64,000 nucleotides of DNA from Bacteroidales bacterium (GCA_018401355.1 JAGYLD010000001.1:7022-71021), one strand, 5' to 3'. Counted from the first letter of the stretch, positions 38,597 to 50,025 are shown. Notes: generated by a model not told the origin, from the sequence alone. Program-made: numbers and translations.

Positions 38597-39517
38597 ATGA
38601 AGTATCTTATCCTCATGCTAAAGGGCATTGCTATGGGAGCTGCAAATGTTATCCCGGGAGTTTCGGGAGGAACAATCGCACTTATCACACAGATTTTTGA
38701 AAGGCTGATCAATGCCATAAAATCATTTAACCTGCATGCATTAAAACTTTTGCTTAAAGGTAAGCTAAAAGAATTTGCTCATTATACAGATTTATACTTC
38801 TTGCTGGCCATATTTGCCGGCATTGTTATTGCCATTGTTTCGCTGGCCAGGATATTTGATTACCTTTTCAGTTATTACCCCATTTACATCTGGGCATATT
38901 TTTTCGGACTGGTACTGGCTTCTGTTTATTTTGTAGGAAAGAGAATCGAAAAAATAACCGTTGCTGTTATTATTACATTCATTATTGGCACAGGTATTGC
39001 TATCATCATTTCAGTTTTAAATCCTGCAACTGAAAACACTGGCTTCTTTTACCTTGTATTATGCGGTGTAGCTGCAATTTGCAGTATGATACTCCCTGGG
39101 CTTTCAGGATCATTCATACTTTTTATCATGGGTAATTATAAATTGGTGGCCATTGATGCCATCAACGATAGAGACCTGAGTATATTGATCCCCGTTTTAA
39201 TTGGCGCAGTTGTGGGCCTTGTCGCCTTCTCCCATCTTCTTTCCTGGGTATTTAAAAAATACAGGAATGAAACAATCTCCATCCTGACTGGCTTCATCCT
39301 TGGATCGGCAAGCATCCTATGGCCCTGGCAAAGAAAAGAATTCCTGGAAATTGGCGGAGAAATGGTTTTAAAAGACGGGGAACCTGTTATTGCCAGATAT
39401 GTAAGATACCTGCCCAATGAACTGAACCTGCAATTTTGGATGGCCATATTATTTATTTTTGTTGGGATTGTAAGTATCTGGATCATTGAAAAACTTGCAG
39501 AAACCAAAGAAAAATGA
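38597..39517 (+). CDS. DUF368 family undecaprenyl-phosphate translocase
   Basis: MGAANVIPGVSGGT and MILPGLSGS repeats; multi-TM. ATG 38597 preferred because a TATTTTTG promoter element abuts 38576. Confidence 0.9.
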   Translation: MKYLILMLKGIAMGAANVIPGVSGGTIALITQIFERLINAIKSFNLHALKLLLKGKLKEFAHYTDLYFLLAIFAGIVIAIVSLARIFDYLFSYYPIYIWAYFFGLVLASVYFVGKRIEKITVAVIITFIIGTGIAIIISVLNPATENTGFFYLVLCGVAAICSMILPGLSGSFILFIMGNYKLVAIDAINDRDLSILIPVLIGAVVGLVAFSHLLSWVFKKYRNETISILTGFILGSASILWPWQRKEFLEIGGEMVLKDGEPVIARYVRYLPNELNLQFWMAILFIFVGIVSIWIIEKLAETKEK

Positions 39518-40260
39518 CAAAATTTGGGCTTATAGGATACCCCATAGAGCATTCCTTTTCCAAAGCATTTTTCGAGGATAAATTCAGGGATGAAGGTATT
39601 GAGGCTTCATATGAGCTGTTTCCGATTGAAAATATTGAAGGCATCCATACATTAATCAGGAGAAATCCTCATCTGGCTGGGCTTAATGTTACCATGCCCC
39701 ATAAGCAACATGTTATTCCCTTGCTTGATATGCTTGATCCGATTGCAACAAATATTCAGGCTGTAAATACAATAAAAATTACCAGGATTGGTGAAAAAAC
39801 AATTCTGAAAGGCTATAATACGGATGTTGCCGGGTTTAAAAGAGCTTTTCTGGAATTCACAAAAGGCAAAAAAGGGAAGTGTCTGATATTGGGCACTGGT
39901 GGCGCTGCAAAGGCCGTTGCATATGCTCTGGAAGATCTAAATATGTCATACAAACTGGTTACCAGAAAGGAATCCTTACCAGGAAAAATTAATTATAAGC
40001 AAATTAACAGGAAAGTATTGGAGACATTTACCATAATTATAAATACCACTCCATTAGGCATGGTCCCCTCTATCAAGGAACATCCGGATATTCCATATGA
40101 TTATTTATCCGATGATCATTATTTATTTGATCTTATTTACAATCCCGTAGAAACATCTTTTCTCAGGAAAGGAAAAGAAAGAGGCTGTAAAATCAACAAT
40201 GGCATGAATATGTTGATATACCAGGCCATTGAATCGTGGAGAATCTGGCATGATCGCTAG
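39514..40260 (+). CDS. aroE: Shikimate dehydrogenase
   Basis: GYPIEHSFS, NVTMPHK, AVNT, NTD, GTGGAA, NTTPLGM and DLIYNP. Confidence 0.93.
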   Translation: MTKFGLIGYPIEHSFSKAFFEDKFRDEGIEASYELFPIENIEGIHTLIRRNPHLAGLNVTMPHKQHVIPLLDMLDPIATNIQAVNTIKITRIGEKTILKGYNTDVAGFKRAFLEFTKGKKGKCLILGTGGAAKAVAYALEDLNMSYKLVTRKESLPGKINYKQINRKVLETFTIIINTTPLGMVPSIKEHPDIPYDYLSDDHYLFDLIYNPVETSFLRKGKERGCKINNGMNMLIYQAIESWRIWHDR

Positions 40261-41249
40261 TACTCCAGCACCATACGACCCATGATCTTCCCTTTAAGAA
40301 TCTCTTCAATATAATGATCCAGTTCCTCCAATTTCATTGAATGTCCAATCTTTTCAAGGTTCGAAACCCTCCATTTTCCGGCCAGCTTATCCCATAGGTC
40401 TTTTCGATGATCCATCGGACAAGTTGCTGAATTAACACCAAGAAGGTTAACACCATTAAGAATAAAAGGAAATACGGTTGTTTCGAGCTTAAAAGACCTG
40501 GCATTTCCTGCAGTGACCACACTTCCATGTACCTTACATGCTTTAAGTACTGTATTCAGTGTATTGCCTCCAACAGTATCATATGCTCCTGCCCATTGGG
40601 GTTTAAGAAGAAATTTTCCGCTTTCATCATTGACTTCCTCCCTTTCAATAACTTCTGAAGCTCCCAGTTCTTTTAGATAATCATATGCATCAGCTTTTCC
40701 CGTGGCAGCAACTACCTCAAATCCCAGGCGTGAAAATATACCAACAACAAGGCTCCCAACACCTCCGGAAGCTCCGGTAACCAATATTCTGCCATCATCA
40801 GGTTTCTGACCCATCCTGAGCATTTTATCAATTCCCAGGGCAGCAGTGAACCCTGCAGTCCCATATACCATACAATCCCTTAATGTCAGTGCTGATGGCC
40901 TTGGAACCACCCATTCCCCCGGCACACGTATATATTCCCCAAACCCTCCGTCGGTATTCATACCCAGATCATATCCGGTAACCAGCACTTCATCACCTTT
41001 GTTGAACAACGGACTTTCAGATTTCTCAACAGTTCCGGATGCATCAATCCCGGGCTGAAAAGGATACTTTCTTGTAACACCCTTGTTACCAGTGGCTGAA
41101 AGGGCATCCTTATAATTTAATCCTGAATATTGGACTTTGATCAAAACATTGTTGGGAGGTAAATCATTGATGCTTCGCTCTTCTATATTTCTTGTAAACT
41201 TTCCGTCTGTTTCTCTGGCAATTAATGCCCGGAATAATTTTTCTTCCAT
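40257..41249 (-). CDS. YhdH/AcuI family MDR oxidoreductase (acryloyl-CoA reductase-like)
   Basis: YSGLNYKDAL, PGIDASG, GTAGFTAAL, VTGASGGVGS and FPFILNGV. Confidence 0.9.
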   Translation of the reverse strand: MEEKLFRALIARETDGKFTRNIEERSINDLPPNNVLIKVQYSGLNYKDALSATGNKGVTRKYPFQPGIDASGTVEKSESPLFNKGDEVLVTGYDLGMNTDGGFGEYIRVPGEWVVPRPSALTLRDCMVYGTAGFTAALGIDKMLRMGQKPDDGRILVTGASGGVGSLVVGIFSRLGFEVVAATGKADAYDYLKELGASEVIEREEVNDESGKFLLKPQWAGAYDTVGGNTLNTVLKACKVHGSVVTAGNARSFKLETTVFPFILNGVNLLGVNSATCPMDHRKDLWDKLAGKWRVSNLEKIGHSMKLEELDHYIEEILKGKIMGRMVLEY

Positions 41250-41357
41250 AATTTGAATTTTGGATAAATATAGTAAATCATCCTGAATGTTAAAATCCCG
41301 CTTCCATTGGTTTATAAAATTTTCAATAAAACAGACAAATTTTCACGGATATTCTGA

Positions 41358-44300
41358 TTAAACTTCAACGCTATTCCCGGAAAGCATTTTGAATAATACA
41401 GGGACTACAATTAAAGTGAGGAATGTAGAAACCAGCAAGCCTCCAATAATTGTCCATCCCATCGGTGCCCACATGGTTCCTCCGCGTAAAGTCAGTGGAA
41501 GTAAACCACCAATGGTCGTCAACGTTGTTAAGATTATTGGGGTAAACCTTGTTTTTCCGGCTGTAACCAATGCTTCCTGCAAGGATTTTCCCTGAGTGAT
41601 CAATTGGTTCGTGTAGTCAACCATGATTATTGAATTGTTGATCACAATACCTACCAGGCTTATCAGTCCAACAAATGCTGTAAAGGAAAATGTATTTCCT
41701 GTTATTAAAAGGGCCCATATCATTCCAATGGCTGCAAATGGTATGGCAACATAAATTATTAAAGGTTGCTTAAAAGACTTGAATTGAAGCACCAGCACAG
41801 CAAATATGGCGATCATGGCGATGATGATGGCCATCTGCATCCCGCCAAACGATTCCTGGCGGCCTTCCAACTCTCCTCCAATGGTGTAGTCATATCCCGA
41901 AGGAAATGGATATGATTCAAGTTTCTCTATGACAGGGTCCATGACCTCATCAAGGGTGACACCTTTTTCGATATCTGATGTTATCAATGCTGTCCTTTCA
42001 AGATCATACCGCTTAATAATACCCGGAACCTGCTTAAACTCAATGGTTGTAAGCTGTCGTAGCGGAATCATCTTCCCTGTTGCAGATCTGACATGGATCT
42101 TATTAAAATCCTCAGGAGTTATCTTTTCATTGAATGGCATTCTGAGAATTATATTATATTCTTCACCATCATCATCACGAAACTTGGAAACAGTGGTTCC
42201 GTTTATTGCTGTTCTGACTGTCCTGTCTATTTCAACAACGGGAACACCAAACAAGCTGGCTTTATCCTTATTGATATTAACAAACAAATCCACCCTGTTT
42301 TTGGCCAGGTCGTTGTCAACATTAACAGCACCCTCCTGTTCTGCCACAAGCACTTCAACATCATCTGCAATATCTTTTAATACATCCATATTATCACCAG
42401 TAATATAAATCATAACAGGTGCTTCAACAGGATGTCCCTGCTCAAACTCCTTTACATTGATGCGTGCTCCAGGATAGGTCTTGAATTCCTTTCGTAATAA
42501 AGCAATTAACTTGTCGAATCGCTCAACATCAAATTCATGTAACTGCACAAAGACTTCCGCAAAATTCCTGGCATAGTTTTTTTCGAAAATGTTATAATAA
42601 ATCCGTGGGTTCCCATGGCCAACATTCGCAGTATAGCTTTCAATATCATCGATCGTGTCAAGCACCGATTCCACATACAATGTTGCCTCATTGGTTTTAT
42701 CCAGATTTGTCCCTTCAGGAGTATTGATTCTGATCATAAACTGAGGCTTTTCTGCTTTTGGAAAGAAGGAAACACCAATATACTGAGCCATAAAAACAGA
42801 AAATAAAAGTACCACCAAAGCAATTACGATTGTAAACCATCGATGGCTCAATGCATATTTTAAAGAGTTTTGATATGGTCCTTCCACAAACTTTCTCAAT
42901 GATCGAATGAATACTGTTCCTTTTTGAAGCTTTGTGTGCCTTCTTTCGCGGTAAGTTTTACTTGCAATCAAAGGCGTAAGGGTCAAAGCCACCAGTAATG
43001 ACATGACCAGTGTTGCAATGATAGTAAGTGGCAGGGTCTTGATAAATTCACCAGAAGCATCAGGCATCATTATTATGGGTACAAAAGCCAGGACCGTTGT
43101 GGCTGTTGCGCTTGCTATTGGCCACCCTATCTCCGCTGCCCTTTGATGGCGGCTTCCCCAGAAAACCTATCACGATAACGGTTTATGTTTTCTACCATAA
43201 CAATCGAGTTATCAACGAGTAATCCTAAAGCAACGACCAAACCGGCAATAGATATTTGCTCCAAACCATACCCAAAAAGATCTACAAAAAACAATCCCAT
43301 GATGATGGACAGTGGTATCGCAATGATCACCATGAGTGAAGAGCGGGCACCCAATGCAAGAAAAATGACAATCCCAACAAGGAAAATTCCCTGAAGCAAA
43401 TTTCCCAGAAAGCCGTTGATCCTGTTATCTACCCCACGGGCCTGGTCAAAGACTGTCACCATTGAAATATCTGAATCCCGGCTTTCATTAAATTCTGAAA
43501 TTTTTTCTTTCACCGCATCGTCAACATCAAAAATATTATACCCTTCTTTTTGTCTCACTGTCAAAAATATGCAACGCACACCCTGTGATCTTGCATAATA
43601 GATATTGTCTTCATAATCAAAGTCTACAGTAGCGATATCTCTTAGATATATGAGCCTGCCATTCCAGGAATGGACCACTGTATTTGCAATTTCCGTTAAA
43701 TCATTATATGAGCCGCTCGTTTGCACTCCAAAATTCTTCCCTGACAATTTCAAAGACCCACCGGGTATGTTTGCATTATTGCTTTTGATAGCATTCTCGA
43801 CCATTACCAGGGTAATGTTCATCTCAGCCATTTTTTGAAAATCGAGAGACAATCTTACTTCTTCTTCCGGATACGCAATCACTTCGACCTTTTTAACCCC
43901 TTCTACTTTCTGAATAAGCCTTTTCAGATCTACCGCCTCATCCACCATTTCATTATATGGTGCATCATCAGAAACAAATGCAATTTGCTTTATCACTACA
44001 TCAGAAGTATTCCATTCAAGGAAACTTAACTCAAGTATATCCGGTGGGAGCTCAGCTTTGATGCTATTCACTTTTTGAACAACCTCATCAAATTTTTCAT
44101 CCGGATCAGTACCAAAATAGAATTCCACAGCAATGAGTGCCAAACCATCCTGAAGTGTCGTGGTAATCTGTTTTATATCCTCCAGTTCATTAACGGCGTC
44201 TTCAATGCTGATAGCCACCAATTGTTCCAGATCCACCGGATTGGCTCCAGGGTAAATGACCATCACGGTTGCCCCAGGCACATTGATGGCAGGGTCTTCC

Positions 44301-44404
44301 GTTCTTGGCATATGAAGGAAGGAATTTATCCCTGCAATCATGATCAAAATAAATACTATCAAAGTGAACTGATAATTCTCTATGGCTAATTTTGGGATTT
44401 TCAT
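41358..44404 (-). CDS. AcrB/AcrD/AcrF family RND efflux permease, split by an apparent 1-nt frameshift at about 43140
   Basis: ORFs 44404-43127 and 43070-41358 are the two halves (GLLVDNSIVMVENI; GIVINNSII; RFTPIILT). One extra G at 43139-43141 joins them as KGAAEIGWPIASATATTVLAFVP. Confidence 0.88.
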
Positions 44405-44425
44405 AGAATGAATATTCAAACATTA

Positions 44426-45463
44426 TTACTCAGCAACAACCACTTTATCACCACTTTTTATATAATTCACACCATCCACGATGACTTTTTCACCTTCTGA
44501 AAGTCCTGACAGGACGCAAAGCCGTTCAGCAATCCCCGACACTTGTATTTTCCTCTTATACGCTGTATCATCCTGAAGAACAAAAACATACCCTGAAAGG
44601 CCACTGGCATCAAATAAGGCATCAACGGGAATGTTAAGACATTCTATCCAAATGGAAGGAAATATCCTTGCTTTTCCAATAAGCCCGGACATCATTTTCT
44701 GACCCATATTATTTACTTTTAACTCAACCTCGTAAGTTCCTGTATATGGATCGGCAGCCTGACCCAATTCGACAACTTCAGCATGAAAGGTCTTCTCAGG
44801 AATTGCATCAAAAGAAACCAGAGCTGAGTCACCCAATTCAATATTTACAATATCCCTGTCTGACAAGCTGGCTTTCAACACCCAGTCAGCTTCTGTGGAT
44901 GAAAAGATCAGCACCGGTTGTCCAGGACCTACAATCTCATTTTCTTCAGCAAGTTTCCTGAGCACCTTGCCATTGAATGGTGCTTTGATGCTGGAATAGT
45001 TCAAATTAAAACCAGCAATTTCCATGTTCGCCCTGGCAACTTCCAGTGCAGTTTTTGAATCCTGGAGATTTTCCAATGTTGCAACACTGTCTTTATATAG
45101 ATTCTGAACCCTCTGATAATCACGGTTCGACTTTTCATAAGCAAGCTTTGCTTGTTCTGCCTGGGCACTGATCTCTGTCATATCCAGCCTTGCCAGCAAA
45201 TGTCCACTCTCAACACTCTCGCCCTCAGCAACCGACAAGGAACTTATTATGCCACCCGTTTTAAAACTTAAATTAATCTCAGTCTTAGATGACAATTTCC
45301 CGGTCGTAAAAACAGGAAATATCACTTTGCTTTTCTCCACAGTTTCCACCTTGACGTATGTAGCTTCGTTTAAGGATCTTTCTTCTTTCTCTCTCACACA
45401 ACTCATTATCAATAAAAGGCTTACTGCTAAAATTGCGAATCTTGTTGTATTCATATGTATCAT
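44426..45463 (-). CDS. RND efflux periplasmic adaptor (MFP), lipoprotein
   Basis: IMSC lipobox, LSFKTGGII, IKAPFNG and GLSEGEKVIVDG. Confidence 0.92.
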   Translation of the reverse strand: MIHMNTTRFAILAVSLLLIMSCVREKEERSLNEATYVKVETVEKSKVIFPVFTTGKLSSKTEINLSFKTGGIISSLSVAEGESVESGHLLARLDMTEISAQAEQAKLAYEKSNRDYQRVQNLYKDSVATLENLQDSKTALEVARANMEIAGFNLNYSSIKAPFNGKVLRKLAEENEIVGPGQPVLIFSSTEADWVLKASLSDRDIVNIELGDSALVSFDAIPEKTFHAEVVELGQAADPYTGTYEVELKVNNMGQKMMSGLIGKARIFPSIWIECLNIPVDALFDASGLSGYVFVLQDDTAYKRKIQVSGIAERLCVLSGLSEGEKVIVDGVNYIKSGDKVVVAE

Positions 45464-45466
45464 TTA

Positions 45467-46831
45467 TTAATCTATTGGATAAATGGCAAGGGCCCTCTCA
45501 AAGCCTGCCTGGCTGATTTCATAATCGTATTGCGACAGTATCAGGTTCAGCCATGCATTGGTTGCACTTGTCCTGGCATCAATATACTCCAGAAGGTTGC
45601 TTTGCCCCTGATTATACTTTTTATTGATCAATTCAAATGCCTTGATCGCACTTTCCCTTTGAGTTCGGGCTGAGACTACAGCCTCCCGAGCTGCTGCCAT
45701 TTCATAAAAAGAATCAATCACATCCAAATTGATCTGTTTCTGTAACTCCTTATATTTTTCTTCCAGAATATCTTTTTCAATTGCCGCCTGCTGAATCTTA
45801 GCCCGGTTCTCAAAACCTCTGAAAAGTTTCCATTTAAGGACCAATGAAGCCATGACAAAATCCGCATCCGGATTAAATTCATATCGCTCTCCCTGGATGC
45901 CATAATCCAAAGCTCCACTCAATGTTGGAGCAATATTGTACCGGTTTAGCTTCAAACTTTTGTCCGCCATATCCTGATAAAGCCTCAACTGTTCAAGTTC
46001 CCCCCTGTTATCCAGGGCCTTCTCAACAGCATCTGATTCATTCATCCATTCTTCCTGTTGCAGATTTGTTTCCTGTACTGCTGTGATAGTTTCGTTTAAC
46101 CCCCTGTTGAGCAAAAAATTAAAATATGCAGCAGATGTATTGAAGTACTTTTCAGCCTCTGCTTTTTGTTGTTCAACCTTACTCAATTCCGCCTTCGACC
46201 GGTATACAACATCCATCGTGACCTTATCATTTTCAAAGAGACTTTCATTAACCCTCAGGTTCTCCCTGACAACCTCAAGGGTCAACTCGAAAACCTCAAG
46301 AGCCTTAACAGTTTTCAAGTAATTAAAATATGCGGTTTTTATCTCAAAAACCAGTTCTCTCTTGTAAACCTCCACACCAATAAACTCAGCCTCGGCCATA
46401 TCTTTCCTGATCTTGAAATTAAAAAACACTTCCGGCTGGAAAAGCGGCTGACGCAAACTCAATTTTGTTTCCTGCTCATTGGGTCTGAGAAAAGGAATTT
46501 CCTGATTTTCTATCTGAGGAAAACTATTGGATTGCGTTAGCTGGTTTAATGTTGAGTAAACAGGATTTAACATGTCTCCAGTGGGTATATCAAAAACCCT
46601 TCCTCCATCTGCAACTGAGTACCTGGCATTAAATGAAATATCTGGAAAAAACAATCCTCTGGCTTCCTGCAGTGCTTCCAGACTTTTCCTGTAATTTAAC
46701 TTTTTTTGTTTTAAGGCCAGGTTGTTTTCTAATCCCTGCTCAATATATTTCTCCAGGATATCCTGACCCTGCAGCTGAATTGCACTAAACAATATTAAAA
46801 AAGCAAATAACAAAGACCTTAAATCATTCAT
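45467..46831 (-). CDS. TolC family outer membrane efflux protein
   Basis: Signal peptide, GLENNLAL, QPLFQ, AYFNYL and OEP helical repeats; in operon with MFP and RND. Confidence 0.92.
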   Translation of the reverse strand: MNDLRSLLFAFLILFSAIQLQGQDILEKYIEQGLENNLALKQKKLNYRKSLEALQEARGLFFPDISFNARYSVADGGRVFDIPTGDMLNPVYSTLNQLTQSNSFPQIENQEIPFLRPNEQETKLSLRQPLFQPEVFFNFKIRKDMAEAEFIGVEVYKRELVFEIKTAYFNYLKTVKALEVFELTLEVVRENLRVNESLFENDKVTMDVVYRSKAELSKVEQQKAEAEKYFNTSAAYFNFLLNRGLNETITAVQETNLQQEEWMNESDAVEKALDNRGELEQLRLYQDMADKSLKLNRYNIAPTLSGALDYGIQGERYEFNPDADFVMASLVLKWKLFRGFENRAKIQQAAIEKDILEEKYKELQKQINLDVIDSFYEMAAAREAVVSARTQRESAIKAFELINKKYNQGQSNLLEYIDARTSATNAWLNLILSQYDYEISQAGFERALAIYPID

Positions 46832-46836
46832 TCTTC

Positions 46837-47475
46837 TTAAATTTTTGGTTTTAAACCATGCTGGATCAATTGCAAATGGGTATCAATGAGGTCTTCCAGG
46901 CTTACCTTGAAATGTTCAAACGCAAATTCCTTGGTTGAATACATGACCAGTACCCCCATCATCTGTGCCCATATTGTCATTGAAACTTTTTCCACTTCGA
47001 TGTCGCCTCTGACAGAACCATCATGCATGCCTTTTATGATAATCTCATTCAACAGCTTAAGTGCAGACCTGCCTTGCAAAAACTTTTTCAGCCTAAATTC
47101 ATCCATTTTCTGATGTTCAATATCACGGCTTTGAAAAAATATCAAAGCATTAAAATAATCTGGATGTTTTTTTGAAAAATCCACCAGTGCAAGGCCAATA
47201 GATATTAGATTCATTCTCCCATTTTCTTTTGGGTCCAGTTTCTCTTCTATAAGATTCAAAAGCAACTTCATGCCTTTTTCCATGATAGCAAAATGAAGTT
47301 CATCTTTGCCATTAAAATAAAGATAAAGGGTCCCCTTACTTAATTCCGCCTCATCTGCCACATCATCCATTGTGGAGGACTCATATCCTTTACTAAAAAA
47401 TACACGTTCGGCGGCATCCAAAATATCCCTCCTTCTCCGTTCCTTTTCTCTGACTTTACGCTCTGCTATACCCAT
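46837..47475 (-). CDS. TetR/AcrR family transcriptional regulator
   Basis: ILDAAERVF..KGY..TMDDVA..AELSKGTLYLYF..KDEL. Confidence 0.95.
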   Translation of the reverse strand: MGIAERKVREKERRRRDILDAAERVFFSKGYESSTMDDVADEAELSKGTLYLYFNGKDELHFAIMEKGMKLLLNLIEEKLDPKENGRMNLISIGLALVDFSKKHPDYFNALIFFQSRDIEHQKMDEFRLKKFLQGRSALKLLNEIIIKGMHDGSVRGDIEVEKVSMTIWAQMMGVLVMYSTKEFAFEHFKVSLEDLIDTHLQLIQHGLKPKI

Positions 47476-47503
47476 AACTATATTTTTAACTTATATATAT
47501 ATT

Positions 47504-47534
47504 ATGACCATTGGTCATTTATTGTACAAATATA
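47504..47534 (-). promoter_or_regulatory. Putative TetR operator (ATGACCA-T-TGGTCAT) next to a -7 promoter element (TATATTTG)
   Basis: Perfect 7-1-7 palindrome at 47504-47518; CAAATATA at 47527-47534. Confidence 0.75.
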
Positions 47535-47626
47535 TACAACATAGACTTGGGTTGTCAAGTTATAAGAAGAATTAAAAAAAAAAAAAAACAACATTGGAAT
47601 TAGGTAAAAAACAATATTTCAACCAT

Positions 47627-48232
47627 TTAATTTTCAACAATTTGTCTCAAGCCGTCCTGGTAAGATGTTGGCTTAAAATCAAAGGTCTTTTCAAACTTAG
47701 CACTATTAAAAACATAATCCCGGTCATACTGATACATCATTTCTGTCATTTCCCGCATAATGGGCATAAAAATACCAAGGAACCGGACCATTCCTTTTCC
47801 TGCAACCTGGACTTTTGGTTTTACCTTAAATTCCGAAGCGATCATTTTGACCCATTGCCGGCCTGTGGGTGGATCATGAGCTGTTGGCACCATTTCCATA
47901 AAAATCAGCGGCCCTTACAATGACTGCCTGAATATTACCCTTTTCAATTTCATCCATAAGCATATTAGCAATGTGGGCCCGCACCTTGCCTTTTCGGCTC
48001 GGGGGTTTTATCGGCATATTTTCATTAATATCTGATAGATCAGTGCCATCATACATATTAACAGCTTCAGCAGTCTGTTCCATGTTCAGCAGATCAGCTT
48101 TAAACAATTGATCAGAAGTATTGACCTTTTGTGGATTTCTGCTAACCAACCTGATTTCATTTGTATAATTCAATAACTCCCTGGCAAGCTCAGTGCCAAT
48201 AACACCGCCTGCCAAAATATTGACTGCGTCAT
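47627..48232 (-). pseudogene. NAD-dependent epimerase/dehydratase (SDR) pseudogene
   Basis: Fragments AGGVIG..LVSRNP, NMYD..KGKVR..RAADFYG and PTAHDP..EMMYQYDRDYVF lie in different frames; frameshift after ATG 48232; about 200 codons where this family usually has about 300. Confidence 0.8.
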
Positions 48233-48250
48233 AAAAATTATTTTGGGGTT

Positions 48251-48637
48251 CTACTTTCTTGAATGAATGGCTATTCTATTTCCTTCCGTATCCAGGAAAA
48301 TTGCCATATAACCGGTTTCTTCGTTAATCAGGGTTTTGTCCTGCAAAATTACACCTCCCATTTCTTCAACCTTATCCAATTCATTTGTAAGGTCTCCTGA
48401 ATGGGCAGTAAAATAAATCAAGACTCCATCTGGAGATGGTTTATATGAATCTTTGTAACAGACAAGGGAACCAGGTGCACCAAGACCGTCCTCTTTAAAA
48501 GGAAACCATGCCATATCAAATGGGCCCATTTGATTCCGCTCAAGCTTAACATCAAATACCGTTTCATAGAACCGGATGGCTCGATCAATATCCGAAACAG
48601 GAATTTCAAACCATCCAACTACATTATTTTCTCTCAT
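48251..48637 (-). CDS. VOC/glyoxalase family protein
   Basis: WFEIPVSD..RA..FY, GVLIYF and DTEGNRIAIHS; start ATG 48637. Confidence 0.9.
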   Translation of the reverse strand: MRENNVVGWFEIPVSDIDRAIRFYETVFDVKLERNQMGPFDMAWFPFKEDGLGAPGSLVCYKDSYKPSPDGVLIYFTAHSGDLTNELDKVEEMGGVILQDKTLINEETGYMAIFLDTEGNRIAIHSRK

Positions 48638-48734
48638 AAATTTTAATTTTACACAAAAATAAAACAATCATATTTAATGAAAGTTTAATGGCTATTGCTT
48701 TTCATTACATTTGATCCGATAAAATATTGTGCTA

Positions 48735-49994
48735 ATGAACCTGCGCCATGTTTTAAAAATCCTGGGACCCGGCTTATTATATGCAGGAGCCGCAATTGGT
48801 GTATCCCACCTGGTACAATCAACACGTGCAGGTGCCTCTTATGGGTTCGAACTTGTATGGGTATTGATCCTGGCCAACATCTTGAAATATCCATTTTTTG
48901 AATTTGCGGCCCGATATGCTTCAGTGACCAACGAAAGTCTTATTGAAGGATATCGCAAGCTGGGTAAATGGGCTGTCATTGCCTTTGCCATCCTTACACT
49001 TGCAACCATGTTCTCCATCCAGGCTGCCATTACTATCGTTACAGCCGGAATAACAGGAAACATTTTTGGTCTCTCCATGAATCCCGCAGGAATAAGTGCT
49101 TTCATACTTTTGGCTACAGTTATTCTCCTTATGATAGGAAGATATCGTATGCTGGATAAATTGATTAAATATGTAATTGTGATTCTGGCAGTTTCAACCA
49201 TCACAGCCGTCATTTATGCTTTTGAAAAGGGATTTCAACCCAATATGGAAACAGCAAATCCATTTTCATGGAGCCGCAAAACAGACATCTTCTTTCTGAT
49301 AGCATTCATAGGCTGGATGCCTGCCCCCATAGATGTCTCTGTCTGGTCATCACTATGGTCTGTTGCGAAAAGACGAAACCTCCATTTTACTCCTTCATTA
49401 AACGAGTCCCTCCTGGATTTCAAGATCGGCTATATTGGAACTGCTTTGTTTGCACTGTGTTTCTTGTCACTTGGGGCCCTTGTAATGTTTGGTTCCGGAG
49501 AACAACTTTCCTCCAACGGAACGGTTTTTGCTGGTCAGCTTATTGAAATGTATACACAATCCATTGGGGATTGGGCTTATTACATCATTGCTGCTGCAGC
49601 ACTCACCACGATGTTCAGTACTACCCTTACCTGCATAGATGCTTATCCACGCGTTCTAATGCCAACAACTGATATTTTGTTCCCACGGTTATCAGAAAAA
49701 TTAGGCAACAGAAACTATTTTTATTGGATATGGATATTGATCCTCGCTGCAGGAACAATGTCAACACTCCTCTTTCTTTCTACTTCCATGCGTTTTATGG
49801 TAGACCTTGCCACCACTTTATCATTTCTTACTGCTCCTGTTCTTGCAATTATGAATTACAAAGTTGTTACGGGTAAATCAATGCCCAAAGCCGGAATACC
49901 ATCACAAGGAATGAAAATCTATGCCTGGGCTGGTATGCTGTTTTTAAGTGGTTTTACGATTTTTTATATTGTTTGGAATATAATAAGCAAATAA
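48735..49994 (+). CDS. Nramp-like (YcsG-type) membrane transporter
   Basis: LGPGLLYAGAAIGVSHLVQSTRAGA, GWMPAPID and TMFSTT; about 11 TM. Confidence 0.82.
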   Translation: MNLRHVLKILGPGLLYAGAAIGVSHLVQSTRAGASYGFELVWVLILANILKYPFFEFAARYASVTNESLIEGYRKLGKWAVIAFAILTLATMFSIQAAITIVTAGITGNIFGLSMNPAGISAFILLATVILLMIGRYRMLDKLIKYVIVILAVSTITAVIYAFEKGFQPNMETANPFSWSRKTDIFFLIAFIGWMPAPIDVSVWSSLWSVAKRRNLHFTPSLNESLLDFKIGYIGTALFALCFLSLGALVMFGSGEQLSSNGTVFAGQLIEMYTQSIGDWAYYIIAAAALTTMFSTTLTCIDAYPRVLMPTTDILFPRLSEKLGNRNYFYWIWILILAAGTMSTLLFLSTSMRFMVDLATTLSFLTAPVLAIMNYKVVTGKSMPKAGIPSQGMKIYAWAGMLFLSGFTIFYIVWNIISK

Positions 49995-50025
49995 CAACAT
50001 TTGGCAAGCTGCAATTAACAAATAA

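Noticed and set aside
43127-43150. Programmed -1 frameshift in the RND permease
   Set aside because: No in-frame X XXY YYZ slippery heptamer and no obvious stimulatory structure; neighbouring deletions suggest sequencing error.
40257-48637. Efflux/oxidoreductase block as a genomic island
   Set aside because: No integrase, transposase, tRNA or flanking direct repeats, and no obvious compositional shift by eye.
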